A stretch of DNA of 64,000 nt from Escherichia phage CAU_ECP01, in the sequence record PQ572755.1, one strand, 5' to 3'. Numbering within the stretch: the stretch's first letter is position 1; each line of letters opens with the position of its first letter. Both the position numbers and the translations under genes were made by a program. Under the pieces are notes generated by a model that saw only the letters and a list, made by a program, of their open reading frames with translations, ran no database searches and was not told where the DNA came from. Of this stretch, positions 9,688 through 18,527 are shown piece by piece.

Positions 9688-9770
9688 ATTAATAAAAACG
9701 TTGCTGAAATTAATAAAGACCGGCGCGAGCATAACATTCGTATTCTTGAAATTTTCTTAGGAATAAAATA

Positions 9771-10857
<1,087 letters not shown>

Positions 10858-10858
<1 letters not shown>

Positions 10859-11049
10859 TGAAACGATTATATGAAGTGATTGAGGACATCGAACAGTATA
10901 AAGAATATTTGTTTGTAGCCTGGCCTTTAGTAAATGGACAGTTCGGTATTGATGTGCTGGACTATGAGCATGAAGAACGTTTGGACGGTGGTATATTTGA
11001 TAACGTCGACCAGGCAATTGAATGGTTAAATGAAAACTATGTACGATAA
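10858..11049 (+). CDS. hypothetical acidic protein
   Basis: 63-aa ORF overlapping pseT stop. Confidence 0.4.
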
Positions 11050-11254
11050 ACATCATGAAATCGAAGATGAAGCATACAAAATGCTTCGTAAACTAGTGGG
11101 ACTTAATATGAGTCCTACATTAATCAACAAACTCGCAGGAATTCGTAATGATCTGAATACTCGTTACAAAGGCGAATATCATGTAGAGTTTGTTCCTGTA
11201 GGTGAACCGACCGAGCGATTTGTTGTTCGAGTTAAAGTAAATACTGTACACTGA
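11030..11254 (+). CDS. hypothetical protein
   Basis: 74-aa ORF; start uncertain (11030 or 11039). Confidence 0.4.
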   Translation: MKTMYDKHHEIEDEAYKMLRKLVGLNMSPTLINKLAGIRNDLNTRYKGEYHVEFVPVGEPTERFVVRVKVNTVH

Positions 11255-11261
11255 GGTAATT

Positions 11262-11537
11262 ATGTTCCCAACTTATTCTGAAATTGTAAAGGTAGTCTTC
11301 AGTCAGATTATTGCTAATAATATGTTTGAAGTGCTTGATAATGCAGCCGAACTCAGAGTTCATGCTCAACTAACTCATGTACTCAATGCTTTACTCCCAG
11401 ACCAAGTAGATTCTATTGCTATTACTCTTCTCCCTGGGTCTGCACACGTCATAGTGGTATTTGATCTTGACGGCGATTTAGTTATCCAATGTGATATCAA
11501 TTTCGGTACACAAAAAATTGAATGCAAAGCAATTTAA
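11262..11537 (+). CDS. hypothetical protein
   Basis: 91-aa ORF. Confidence 0.4.
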   Translation: MFPTYSEIVKVVFSQIIANNMFEVLDNAAELRVHAQLTHVLNALLPDQVDSIAITLLPGSAHVIVVFDLDGDLVIQCDINFGTQKIECKAI

Positions 11538-11539
11538 CG

Positions 11540-11569
11540 GTTTACAACATGGTGGAGTTGTGATACTAT
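11540..11569 (+). promoter_or_regulatory. T4-type early promoter
   Basis: GTTTAC 11540-11545, 18-bp spacer, TACTAT 11564-11569; near-perfect inverted repeat GGTGGAGTT/AACTCTACC. Confidence 0.6.
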
Positions 11570-11598
11570 AACTCTACCAACACAATGAGGAAATCGAA

Positions 11599-11835
11599 AT
11601 GCTAAGTGAAACCCCAATTACAGTACACGAATTTCAGATTAAAGTAAAAGAATTTGCTCAAGCACTCATCAATAAAGTGTCTGAACGTTTCCAGGATGCA
11701 ACATTACGAGTTATTCAAGAATCTCCACGTTCTTTTCTCATAATCGTTAATCCTAAAGATGGTGACCAGATTACTAGCCTTAAATTAGGCAGTGATGGTC
11801 TTGTTGAAGCAACTCGAGTATATGGAACACTATAA
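11599..11835 (+). CDS. hypothetical protein
   Basis: 78-aa ORF with GAGGAAA SD. Confidence 0.45.
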   Translation: MLSETPITVHEFQIKVKEFAQALINKVSERFQDATLRVIQESPRSFLIIVNPKDGDQITSLKLGSDGLVEATRVYGTL

Positions 11836-11955
11836 TGAGAGCTATCTCATTACTATCGAGAATGGTCATAAATCTGAGCACTACCAACTTAGCCTGTCTA
11901 ATCCGGTTAAAGGTATTGTTGAATCAGAATCTGTTTATATCTCCTAAGGATTGTT

Positions 11956-12948
11956 ATGTTACCTGTCGTCGGAAAACTTATTTCTCCAAAAGAACTGGCT
12001 GAGATTATTCCTTTGTCGGAAGCTTACGCATCACAAGTGGCTTCTCATCGCGAACAAGTTAATTCGATTATGAACGGTGAAGACCCACGCAAACTTATTG
12101 TTGTAGGTCCTTGTTCAATTCATGACCCTATTGCTGCTGTTGAATACGGCAAACGTCTGGCTGAACTTCAAACTCGTCTTCCTAATGTTCTGTTAGTGAT
12201 GCGCGTTTATTTTGAAAAGCCTCGAACTACCGTAGGTTGGAAAGGTCTTGTAAATGATCCATATCTTGACGGAAGTTTTGATATGAACCACGGTCTTATA
12301 GTTGCACGAACATTGTGTCGTAAACTTCTACGTATGGGACTTCCATTAGCAACTGAAGTATTAGACCCATTCACGATTAAGTATCTTTCTGGTATTTTCT
12401 CATGGGTTGCTATTGGCGCCCGTACGACTGAAAGTCAGACACATCGTGAAATTGCTTCAGGTCTACCGATGTGCGTAGGCTTCAAGAACGCAACCAATGG
12501 TTCTATTAAAGTAGCTACAGACGCGATGTATAGTGCCGCCTGGCCTCATCGGTATATGGGTATGGACGTCGATGGTACTGTAGGCATTGTTGAAGCTGAA
12601 GGTAATCAGAATACGCATATCGTATTGCGTGGCGGGACCAACGGCCCGAACTATCATTCTTCTGATATTCAAGAAGCTTCTAACAAAGCAAGGGCAGTAG
12701 GTCTGAATCATTATGTAATGGTTGACTGTAGCCATGCAAACGCTGATGGGCATTATAGCAATCAAATTGGTATTGGTAAAAATTTAGCAGCTAATGATTT
12801 GGTCAAAGGAATTATGATAGAATCGTTCCTACATGAAGGAAATCAAAAAATTTCTGATAATATGTCCTATGGCGTTTCCGTTACCGATGCGTGCATCAGT
12901 TGGGAACAAACTAAAGAGCTGTTAACTTATATTAATAAGGTTCAATAA
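11956..12948 (+). CDS. 3-deoxy-D-arabino-heptulosonate 7-phosphate (DAHP) synthase homolog, class I alpha (AroG/AroF/AroH type)
   Basis: 330 aa; GPCSIHD, RVYFEKPRTTVGWKGLVNDP, GARTTESQTHRE, DCSHAN, ESFLHEGNQ, TDACISWE align with E. coli AroG; AAGGA SD; stop overlaps cd start (TAATG). Confidence 0.85.
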   Translation: MLPVVGKLISPKELAEIIPLSEAYASQVASHREQVNSIMNGEDPRKLIVVGPCSIHDPIAAVEYGKRLAELQTRLPNVLLVMRVYFEKPRTTVGWKGLVNDPYLDGSFDMNHGLIVARTLCRKLLRMGLPLATEVLDPFTIKYLSGIFSWVAIGARTTESQTHREIASGLPMCVGFKNATNGSIKVATDAMYSAAWPHRYMGMDVDGTVGIVEAEGNQNTHIVLRGGTNGPNYHSSDIQEASNKARAVGLNHYVMVDCSHANADGHYSNQIGIGKNLAANDLVKGIMIESFLHEGNQKISDNMSYGVSVTDACISWEQTKELLTYINKVQ

Positions 12949-13529
12949 TGAAAGCTAGCACATACCTTCAGATTGCATATCTGATTTCTCAAGAATCAAA
13001 ATGTTGTTCATGGAAAGTTGGTGCCGTCATTGAAAAAGATGGACGCATTATCTCTACTGGATATAACGGTTCACCTGCAGGTGGCGTTAACTGTTGCGAA
13101 CATGCATCTGAAAATGGTTGGTTGAAGAATAAACCAATCCCAGTCATCGTTGCTGGACATAAAGAAGGCACTACAGCATTTGGACGGGTAGATAATTTTG
13201 TTTTAGCCAAAGAACATCGAGCTGCTCATAGTGCATGGTCTGCTAATAATGAAATCCATGCAGAATTGAATGCAATTTTGTTTGCCGCTCGTAAAGGTAA
13301 TTCTATTGAAGGTGCTACGTTATATACTACGCTTTCTCCGTGTCCTGATTGCACTAAAGCTATTACGCAGTCAGGTATTAAAAAGGTTGTATACGCAGAA
13401 TTATACGACCGATCTCCTGAAAATTGGGCAGATATTCTAAAACAAGCTGGTATTGAAGTAATTCAGTACTCTCGTAATAATCTTCGTTCTCTGAATTGGG
13501 AACAAATCCGAAACTTTTGTGGTGAATAA
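12948..13529 (+). CDS. cd: dCMP deaminase
   Basis: 193 aa as in T4 Cd; zinc motifs CCEH...HAELNA and PCPDC. Confidence 0.95.
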   Translation: MKASTYLQIAYLISQESKCCSWKVGAVIEKDGRIISTGYNGSPAGGVNCCEHASENGWLKNKPIPVIVAGHKEGTTAFGRVDNFVLAKEHRAAHSAWSANNEIHAELNAILFAARKGNSIEGATLYTTLSPCPDCTKAITQSGIKKVVYAELYDRSPENWADILKQAGIEVIQYSRNNLRSLNWEQIRNFCGE

Positions 13530-13530
13530 T

Positions 13531-13827
13531 ATGATTTTAACTGAACAAGAAACTATGGTTCTTCGTGAACGTATTAAAACTATTCTGTCTGTAGGCGTTC
13601 ATTGTGTTGTATTTGAAAAGGCTAACGGTGATGTACGCACTATGTTTGCTTCGCGCGATGAACTTGAAGTCAAATATGTCAATAACAATCCAGCAACAGA
13701 AGTTCGTTATGAACCTCGTGAATCAGTTCGAGCATTCGATACCAAGTTAGGTCAGTGGCGTTCTTTCCGCCTTGATAAAGTAATTTCGGTTGATGGTACT
13801 CCGGTCGAACGTTTGCTTCTTATGTAA
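13531..13827 (+). CDS. hypothetical protein
   Basis: 98-aa ORF from ATG 13531; the track ORF starts at an upstream GTG inside cd. Confidence 0.5.
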   Translation: MILTEQETMVLRERIKTILSVGVHCVVFEKANGDVRTMFASRDELEVKYVNNNPATEVRYEPRESVRAFDTKLGQWRSFRLDKVISVDGTPVERLLLM

Positions 13828-13829
13828 TA

Positions 13830-13856
13830 TGCTTTACGAATAGTATGGTATTATTA
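13830..13856 (+). promoter_or_regulatory. MotA-dependent middle promoter for gene 31
   Basis: MotA box TGCTTTA 13830-13836; -10 TATTAT about 13 bp downstream. Confidence 0.55.
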
Positions 13857-13884
13857 ATCTATCGTCAAACAACAAGGAAATAAG

Positions 13885-14217
13885 ATGTCTGAAGTACAAC
13901 TCCCAATTCGTGCTGTTGGTGAATATGTCATTCTGGTTTCTGAACCCGCTCAAGCAGGTGATGAAGAAGTTACCGAATCAGGACTTGTGATTGGTAAACG
14001 TGTTCAAGGTGAAGTTCCTGAACTATGTGTAGTTCATTCTGTAGGTCCTGATGTTCCTGAAGGTTTTGTTGAAGTTGGTGATTTGACTCCACTACCAGTT
14101 GGACAAATTCGAAATGTTCCACATCCATTTGTGGCTTTGGGACTTAAACAACCTAAAGAAATTAAACAGAAATTCGTAACATGCCACTATAAAGCTATTC
14201 CGTGTCTTTATAAGTGA
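13885..14217 (+). CDS. 31: head-assembly co-chaperonin (GroES analogue) gp31
   Basis: 110 aa, nearly identical to T4 gp31 ([34 protein letters not shown]...). Confidence 0.95.
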   Translation: MSEVQLPIRAVGEYVILVSEPAQAGDEEVTESGLVIGKRVQGEVPELCVVHSVGPDVPEGFVEVGDLTPLPVGQIRNVPHPFVALGLKQPKEIKQKFVTCHYKAIPCLYK

Positions 14218-14225
14218 TATAAATA
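14218..14225 (+). promoter_or_regulatory. late-promoter-like TATAAATA box
   Basis: Exact TATAAATA just after gene 31 stop; followed by hairpin GAAGAG-aaca-CTCTTC (14233-14248). Confidence 0.3.
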
Positions 14226-14341
14226 ACTATATGAAGAGAACACTCTTCTAAGCGGTAGCCTACAACTGAGAGACTTGTCGAAAGAAGGTGAAATTCAGAC
14301 GAACGTGGCTACTAAATATTATCTCGAATTGAGAATTTAAA

Positions 14342-14590
14342 ATGATTAAACAATTACAACACGCTCTTGAACTGCAACGCAACGCATGGAATAACGGTCA
14401 CGAAAACTACGGCGCTTCAATTGATGTTGAAGCCGAAGCACTGGAAATCCTGCGATATTTCAAACATCTGAATCCTGCTCAGGCTACTCTGGCTGCTGAA
14501 CTGGAAGCAAAAGATGAACTGAAATATGCTAAGCCTCTGGCTTCTGCAGCTCGTAAAGCAGTTCGTCATTTTGTTATTACTTTGAAATAA
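14342..14590 (+). CDS. rIII: lysis-inhibition accessory protein rIII
   Basis: 82 aa as in T4 rIII; position after gene 31. Confidence 0.8.
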   Translation: MIKQLQHALELQRNAWNNGHENYGASIDVEAEALEILRYFKHLNPAQATLAAELEAKDELKYAKPLASAARKAVRHFVITLK

Positions 14591-14753
14591 TTGCTATCAT
14601 GCGTCAGCAAAAGGTTAGCTGTGTAAGTCATGGTAGGTATGATGACGGGTTTATGGTTATCCTGTCGTTAAATATCCAAAACCTATGTTCCCCTTGAGGG
14701 CTTGCGCAGGCAATGTCAATAAGTCCTGCATTTTCATTTAAAGAGAATTTATA

Positions 14754-14933
14754 ATGGCAAAACAAGCTAAAGCAAAGAAAGCAGTTGAAAAGAAAGTTGA
14801 TGGTACCTCTAAACGCGCTGGATACAAGCGTGGGTCGAACTCTCGTATTAATCAAACAGTTGAGAAGATCATGCGCAGAGCACGTGCAGTTCTTCGAGAT
14901 GATGCTTCTCGTTTTGGAAAGGTTGTTGCATAA
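14754..14933 (+). CDS. small basic protein (59 aa), below the ORF-track threshold
   Basis: ATG 14754 to TAA 14933 (MAKQAKAKKAVEKK...), lysine/arginine rich, followed directly by a strong terminator; the overlapping 61-aa track ORF at 14785 is in another frame. Confidence 0.4.
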   Translation: MAKQAKAKKAVEKKVDGTSKRAGYKRGSNSRINQTVEKIMRRARAVLRDDASRFGKVVA

Positions 14934-14938
14934 TTTTA

Positions 14939-14960
14939 GGGAGACTTCGGTCTCCCTTTT
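14939..14960 (+). terminator. intrinsic terminator, GGGAGAC-UUCG-GUCUCCC plus U-tract
   Basis: 7-bp GC stem, UUCG tetraloop, TTTT at 14957-14960. Confidence 0.8.
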
Positions 14961-14992
14961 GTGCGTTTAGGGCAGAAAAAGTTTAAAAAAGT

Positions 14993-15021
14993 GTTTACTC
15001 TCCTGTAGGATGTGTTACTAT
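14993..15021 (+). promoter_or_regulatory. T4-type early promoter
   Basis: GTTTAC 14993-14998, 17-bp spacer, TACTAT 15016-15021. Confidence 0.6.
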
Positions 15022-15063
15022 AGACTTGTACCACCTAATCAATAAAACAAACCGGAGAACAAA

Positions 15064-15432
15064 ATGAAAATCAATCTGAACTCATACATCAAATGTAAAG
15101 ACCACGACGGTTATAAAGCTATCGAAATTAAAGAATTCCAGTGGATGTTATACAAAGAGCAATTTGAGTTCGTAGGTTGTATGACCCCTGAAGGTCCTTC
15201 TGATGATTTCTCTTGGAAAATTGTGTTAGCAAACTTTTTCACAGGTGACACATACGAATTAAAAACTATTATTACAGGTAAAATTCGTTCAGAAACATAT
15301 GTTGACGAAGAAACTGGTTACTCTGAAGATGTTACATGGTATCAAAATGGACGCATTACAGCAGATAACCTGATCGAAAAAATGAAAGCCAAAGGTGTTT
15401 TAAATTTAGACAATTGGATTAAAGTTGCATAA
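15064..15432 (+). CDS. hypothetical early protein
   Basis: 122-aa ORF with GGAG SD. Confidence 0.5.
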   Translation: MKINLNSYIKCKDHDGYKAIEIKEFQWMLYKEQFEFVGCMTPEGPSDDFSWKIVLANFFTGDTYELKTIITGKIRSETYVDEETGYSEDVTWYQNGRITADNLIEKMKAKGVLNLDNWIKVA

Positions 15433-15436
15433 AACA

Positions 15437-15465
15437 GTTTACTTTGGTACAGGTTATGTTATTAT
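15437..15465 (+). promoter_or_regulatory. T4-type early promoter
   Basis: GTTTAC 15437-15442; -10 TATTAT 15460-15465; perfect 9-bp inverted repeat GGTACAGGT/ACCTGTACC (15446-15454/15468-15476). Confidence 0.55.
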
Positions 15466-15506
15466 ATACCTGTACCAACAAACAACTTAAACATCTGGAG
15501 AATAAA

Positions 15507-15872
15507 ATGAACTACATCAACTTCGAACGTAAATATGTTTCTAACGGTATCGCTGGTTCTTCTGAAGTTATTTGCTTATGGAAACATAAAAATGGTTCAG
15601 TATGTGAAATCGAACAGTGCATGACTCCTAATTACGTTTATATGCGATTTGAAAATGGCATCACGGTTTCAATCACGATGGAAGGTTCCAACTTCAAAAT
15701 TGCATTAGATGACGATTTCCGTCAGCGTGATTTAGGTACTCATCCTTGCTGGAACGGTGTTAATCGTAAGCTTCTGGTTAAAACTTGGATTCGTCACATC
15801 CTGAGCAACCGAGCTAAACCTGAACACCTGGAAGCAATCTTTGATGTAGTTCTTAATGAATTCGATATCTAA
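15507..15872 (+). CDS. hypothetical early protein
   Basis: 121-aa ORF from ATG 15507 with GGAGAAT SD; the track ORF starts upstream inside the promoter. Confidence 0.5.
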   Translation: MNYINFERKYVSNGIAGSSEVICLWKHKNGSVCEIEQCMTPNYVYMRFENGITVSITMEGSNFKIALDDDFRQRDLGTHPCWNGVNRKLLVKTWIRHILSNRAKPEHLEAIFDVVLNEFDI

Positions 15873-15879
15873 TTTAACT

Positions 15880-15895
15880 GGGAGCTTCGGCTCCC
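15880..15895 (+). other. UUCG-tetraloop stem-loop (GGGAGC-UUCG-GCUCCC), no U-tract
   Basis: 6-bp stem with UUCG loop just upstream of the SD of the next gene. Confidence 0.45.
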
Positions 15896-15907
15896 ACTGA
15901 GGAAATT

Positions 15908-16522
15908 ATGTTTAAAGTTAATACTTTTTATAAAATGAATTTTAAAAATGGGGATATTACTCCACGCCTTAAAAACATGTTCTCATATGACCTTATCGAG
16001 CCTTTTGAAGTTTTAGAAGTTACTGATGCCGGCTCAGTTTGTGAAATTAGAACTTCTGAAGGTAAAATTTATCAGGCAGGTGTCGGTAAATTCAGTAATT
16101 GTTTTACTTTAATATTCTCGACTGATTTAGATGAGCATTTTATTGAATGCCCTAACCCTAAGGTCTACGAAGTTCCACATCAAGAAATTAAGAAAAATGG
16201 CCCGCACGAATATACGAAGGTTGAAACTCCTCACGGCGTGATGTGGCGTCATAACTCTCCTTTTGGAAGTAAAGGAACATTTGCTCAACCGTCTAAACCT
16301 TATGACGATGAAAAATACATCGTCGTCTTTTTATCTGAACAGGGTACTCAAGACCGTGGATGCCAACGAAGTGGTTTACTAAGTGAACTTGAAGCTCATA
16401 ACCAAGCACGTGAATTCGTTGAGAAAAATCCTGGTTCTGAAGCTCTAGTCATGAAAGCAATTACTCAATATATCACTGCTCAACCTGTTGTTCATCCGGT
16501 AGAAATTAATTTCGTTAAGTAG
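15908..16522 (+). CDS. hypothetical protein
   Basis: 204-aa ORF. Confidence 0.5.
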   Translation: MFKVNTFYKMNFKNGDITPRLKNMFSYDLIEPFEVLEVTDAGSVCEIRTSEGKIYQAGVGKFSNCFTLIFSTDLDEHFIECPNPKVYEVPHQEIKKNGPHEYTKVETPHGVMWRHNSPFGSKGTFAQPSKPYDDEKYIVVFLSEQGTQDRGCQRSGLLSELEAHNQAREFVEKNPGSEALVMKAITQYITAQPVVHPVEINFVK

Positions 16523-16552
16523 TTTACATCCAAGGACGGATTAGAGTATAAT
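16522..16552 (+). promoter_or_regulatory. T4-type early promoter
   Basis: GTTTAC 16522-16527 directly after upstream stop TAG; TATAAT 16547-16552. Confidence 0.55.
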
Positions 16553-16576
16553 GATTTCTTTAGTAAGTGGAAAAAT

Positions 16577-16774
16577 ATGAAATTTTTAATAGCACAAACA
16601 GTCCAATTAAAAGGTGTTGGAATTCCTGGGGTGATTTTTAAAGTTCTCCCTGAATTTAAAACCGCCGCTGGAATTATCAATGAAGCGTATGCTGTTCAAT
16701 GGGTTGATTGGACTTCTGACATACGTATGGGTAAAGAGTTATCTCCTATTAAAGGGTTGAAACATGTTGAATAA
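16577..16774 (+). CDS. hypothetical protein
   Basis: 65-aa ORF. Confidence 0.35.
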   Translation: MKFLIAQTVQLKGVGIPGVIFKVLPEFKTAAGIINEAYAVQWVDWTSDIRMGKELSPIKGLKHVE

Positions 16775-16976
16775 ATTAATCCAGAAATTGTTTGGTATGG
16801 AAATGATTGAAGTTACGTATCGTGTGACTGATGTAAGCCCATGGGCCCGAAAAGTTGAACCATATACTAAAACAATTAAAATGCTGAAATATGACGGTGG
16901 ATTATCTATCAAAGACCGTCTACCGGCTTATGGTCATTGGGCTGATGTTGAAATTATAAGTGTTAAAGATGCCTGA
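16764..16976 (+). CDS. hypothetical protein
   Basis: 70-aa ORF overlapping both neighbours. Confidence 0.35.
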   Translation: MLNKLIQKLFGMEMIEVTYRVTDVSPWARKVEPYTKTIKMLKYDGGLSIKDRLPAYGHWADVEIISVKDA

Positions 16977-17427
16977 GTTAGAGATTAGAAGTAATTTCAA
17001 GTGGCCATCATGCGCATTAAGTAATTTCGCCCAATGGCCTTTCGTCATGGATGGTATTCAATTCGGAGGTCTTGAAGGATTTCTCCAAGGATGTAAGGTG
17101 AAAAATGTTGAACAACAAAGACGTATATTTGGGCTGTCAGGACTGGCTGCACAGCAAGCTGGAAGGTCTTATGCAAGAGCTCAGGACCGTGGGACTCTCT
17201 TCTGGTTAGGAATTCCATTTTCAAGATACTCCGAAGCATGGAAAGAATTATACACAAATGCATATTTTGAAGCAGCGATCCAAAACAAGGGGTTTCGTGA
17301 CGCCTTACAAGCCTCTAAAGGAAAAATTTTGAAGCACAGCATGGCCAGCCACCTAACAAAAGATGATACAATATTAACCGAAGCCGAATTTATTGATGTG
17401 TTAAACCTATTAAGAGACTCTTTATGA
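16969..17427 (+). CDS. NADAR-domain (YbiA-like, DUF1768) protein, putative
   Basis: 152 aa from ATG 16969; motif LSNFAQWPFVMDGIQF...F.Q..K resembles E. coli YbiA DFSNFAAWPIKVDG...F.Q..K; alignment by eye only. Confidence 0.5.
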   Translation: MPELEIRSNFKWPSCALSNFAQWPFVMDGIQFGGLEGFLQGCKVKNVEQQRRIFGLSGLAAQQAGRSYARAQDRGTLFWLGIPFSRYSEAWKELYTNAYFEAAIQNKGFRDALQASKGKILKHSMASHLTKDDTILTEAEFIDVLNLLRDSL

Positions 17428-18248
17428 AGCCTACTATTTTGACTGATATCGATGGTGTATGTTTAAGCTGGCAATCTGGACTTCCTTATTTTGCCCAAAA
17501 ATATAATCTTCCATTAGAACATATTTTAAAAATGATTCAGGACGAAAAATTTATTTCTCCTGGTAAACTATTCAATACCGACGATAACCTCGGTAAACAA
17601 TTAATAGAAAAATATAATCGCTCTGATTTTATTCGTTACTTAGCGCCTTATTCGGATGCTCTTCGAGTTATCAATAAGCTAAAAGAAGACTATAATTTTG
17701 TAGCCGTGACGGCGCTAGGTGATTCAATTGATGCTCGATTGAATAGACAATTTAATTTGAATGCTTTGTTCCCAGGCGCTTTCTCTGAAGTAATGATGTG
17801 TGGTCATGATTCTTCAAAAGAACAATTATTCGAACTAGCCAAAACAAAATATAACGTGATTTGTTATGTTGACGATTTAGCTCATCACTGCAACCATGCG
17901 GCAGAAATTCTTAATGTACCAATTTATTGGTTGGCCCGTGGTGAACGTGATGATATTCCTCGCACTGCACAACGTGTACACACGTGGGATGATATTGAAT
18001 CTCGATTGGTTCCGCCAGAGCATAATTCAGATTCAGATCGTGAAGACCTTTTAAAACGATTGGCGGATTTGCTTAAAGAATCTGGTGCAACAAGTCCAGG
18101 TGCATGGCCTAATCAAATTGGCGGCCCCTCGACAACACGTACTCCATATACCTGGCGAACCCCAGGACCAACCGATATGCGGCCATGGTGGACGATTCAA
18201 AACTTTCCTTTAGATTCGTCTAAATGGACTTGGTCTATAAATTGTTAA
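17424..18248 (+). CDS. HAD-superfamily phosphatase-like protein with C-terminal Pro/Thr/Trp-rich extension
   Basis: 274 aa; motif I ILTDIDGV, downstream DD motif (CYVDDLAHH); start overlaps NADAR stop (ATGA). Confidence 0.45.
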   Translation: MKPTILTDIDGVCLSWQSGLPYFAQKYNLPLEHILKMIQDEKFISPGKLFNTDDNLGKQLIEKYNRSDFIRYLAPYSDALRVINKLKEDYNFVAVTALGDSIDARLNRQFNLNALFPGAFSEVMMCGHDSSKEQLFELAKTKYNVICYVDDLAHHCNHAAEILNVPIYWLARGERDDIPRTAQRVHTWDDIESRLVPPEHNSDSDREDLLKRLADLLKESGATSPGAWPNQIGGPSTTRTPYTWRTPGPTDMRPWWTIQNFPLDSSKWTWSINC

Positions 18249-18257
18249 GGGATACTT

Positions 18258-18527
18258 ATGTTTGTAGTTCATGATATTACAGATGGCAAAAACACCACAC
18301 GTGACTACGGTCACGTTAACATGTTCTTTCGAGACTGGCCATTGTTTCGTTCAGTAAAAGACGCAGAAATATTTAAAGAGTGTGTTGAACAAGGGTTCAT
18401 CTACATTTCAGAATATTACGTTGAAGGACTCGGTAAATGGATTACCACTTATCAGAAAACGCTGAAATCGCTTCTAGATGAAGTGGCTTATAATAGAACC
18501 GTAACCAAAATCGAGGACATCAAATGA
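18258..18527 (+). CDS. hypothetical protein
   Basis: 89-aa ORF; stop overlaps ligase start. Confidence 0.4.
   Translation: MFVVHDITDGKNTTRDYGHVNMFFRDWPLFRSVKDAEIFKECVEQGFIYISEYYVEGLGKWITTYQKTLKSLLDEVAYNRTVTKIEDIK

Noticed and set aside
11835-12005. 56-aa ORF in the gap upstream of the DAHP synthase gene
   Set aside because: Overlaps the DAHPS start out of frame, has no SD and an implausible composition; the gap more likely holds regulatory sequence.
11956-12948. DAHP synthase as bacterial contamination or a recent host insert
   Set aside because: The gene is embedded in phage-style gene packing (TAATG coupling to cd) and looks AT-rich like the rest of the window by eye; no flanking repeats or integrase.
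14590-14754. Possible tRNA or small RNA in the 164-bp rIII-downstream gap
   Set aside because: No cloverleaf-compatible pairing, no conserved T-loop GTTC box and no terminator; only weak short inverted repeats.
15064-15872. Possible tandem paralogy of the two ~120-aa early ORFs
   Set aside because: Only a short shared CMTP motif and similar length; similarity too weak to call by eye.
17424-18248. Frameshift or sequencing error creating the Pro/Thr/Trp-rich tail of the HAD-like protein
   Set aside because: Cannot be decided from sequence alone; the frame is open and continuous, so reported as a single CDS with the unusual tail noted.
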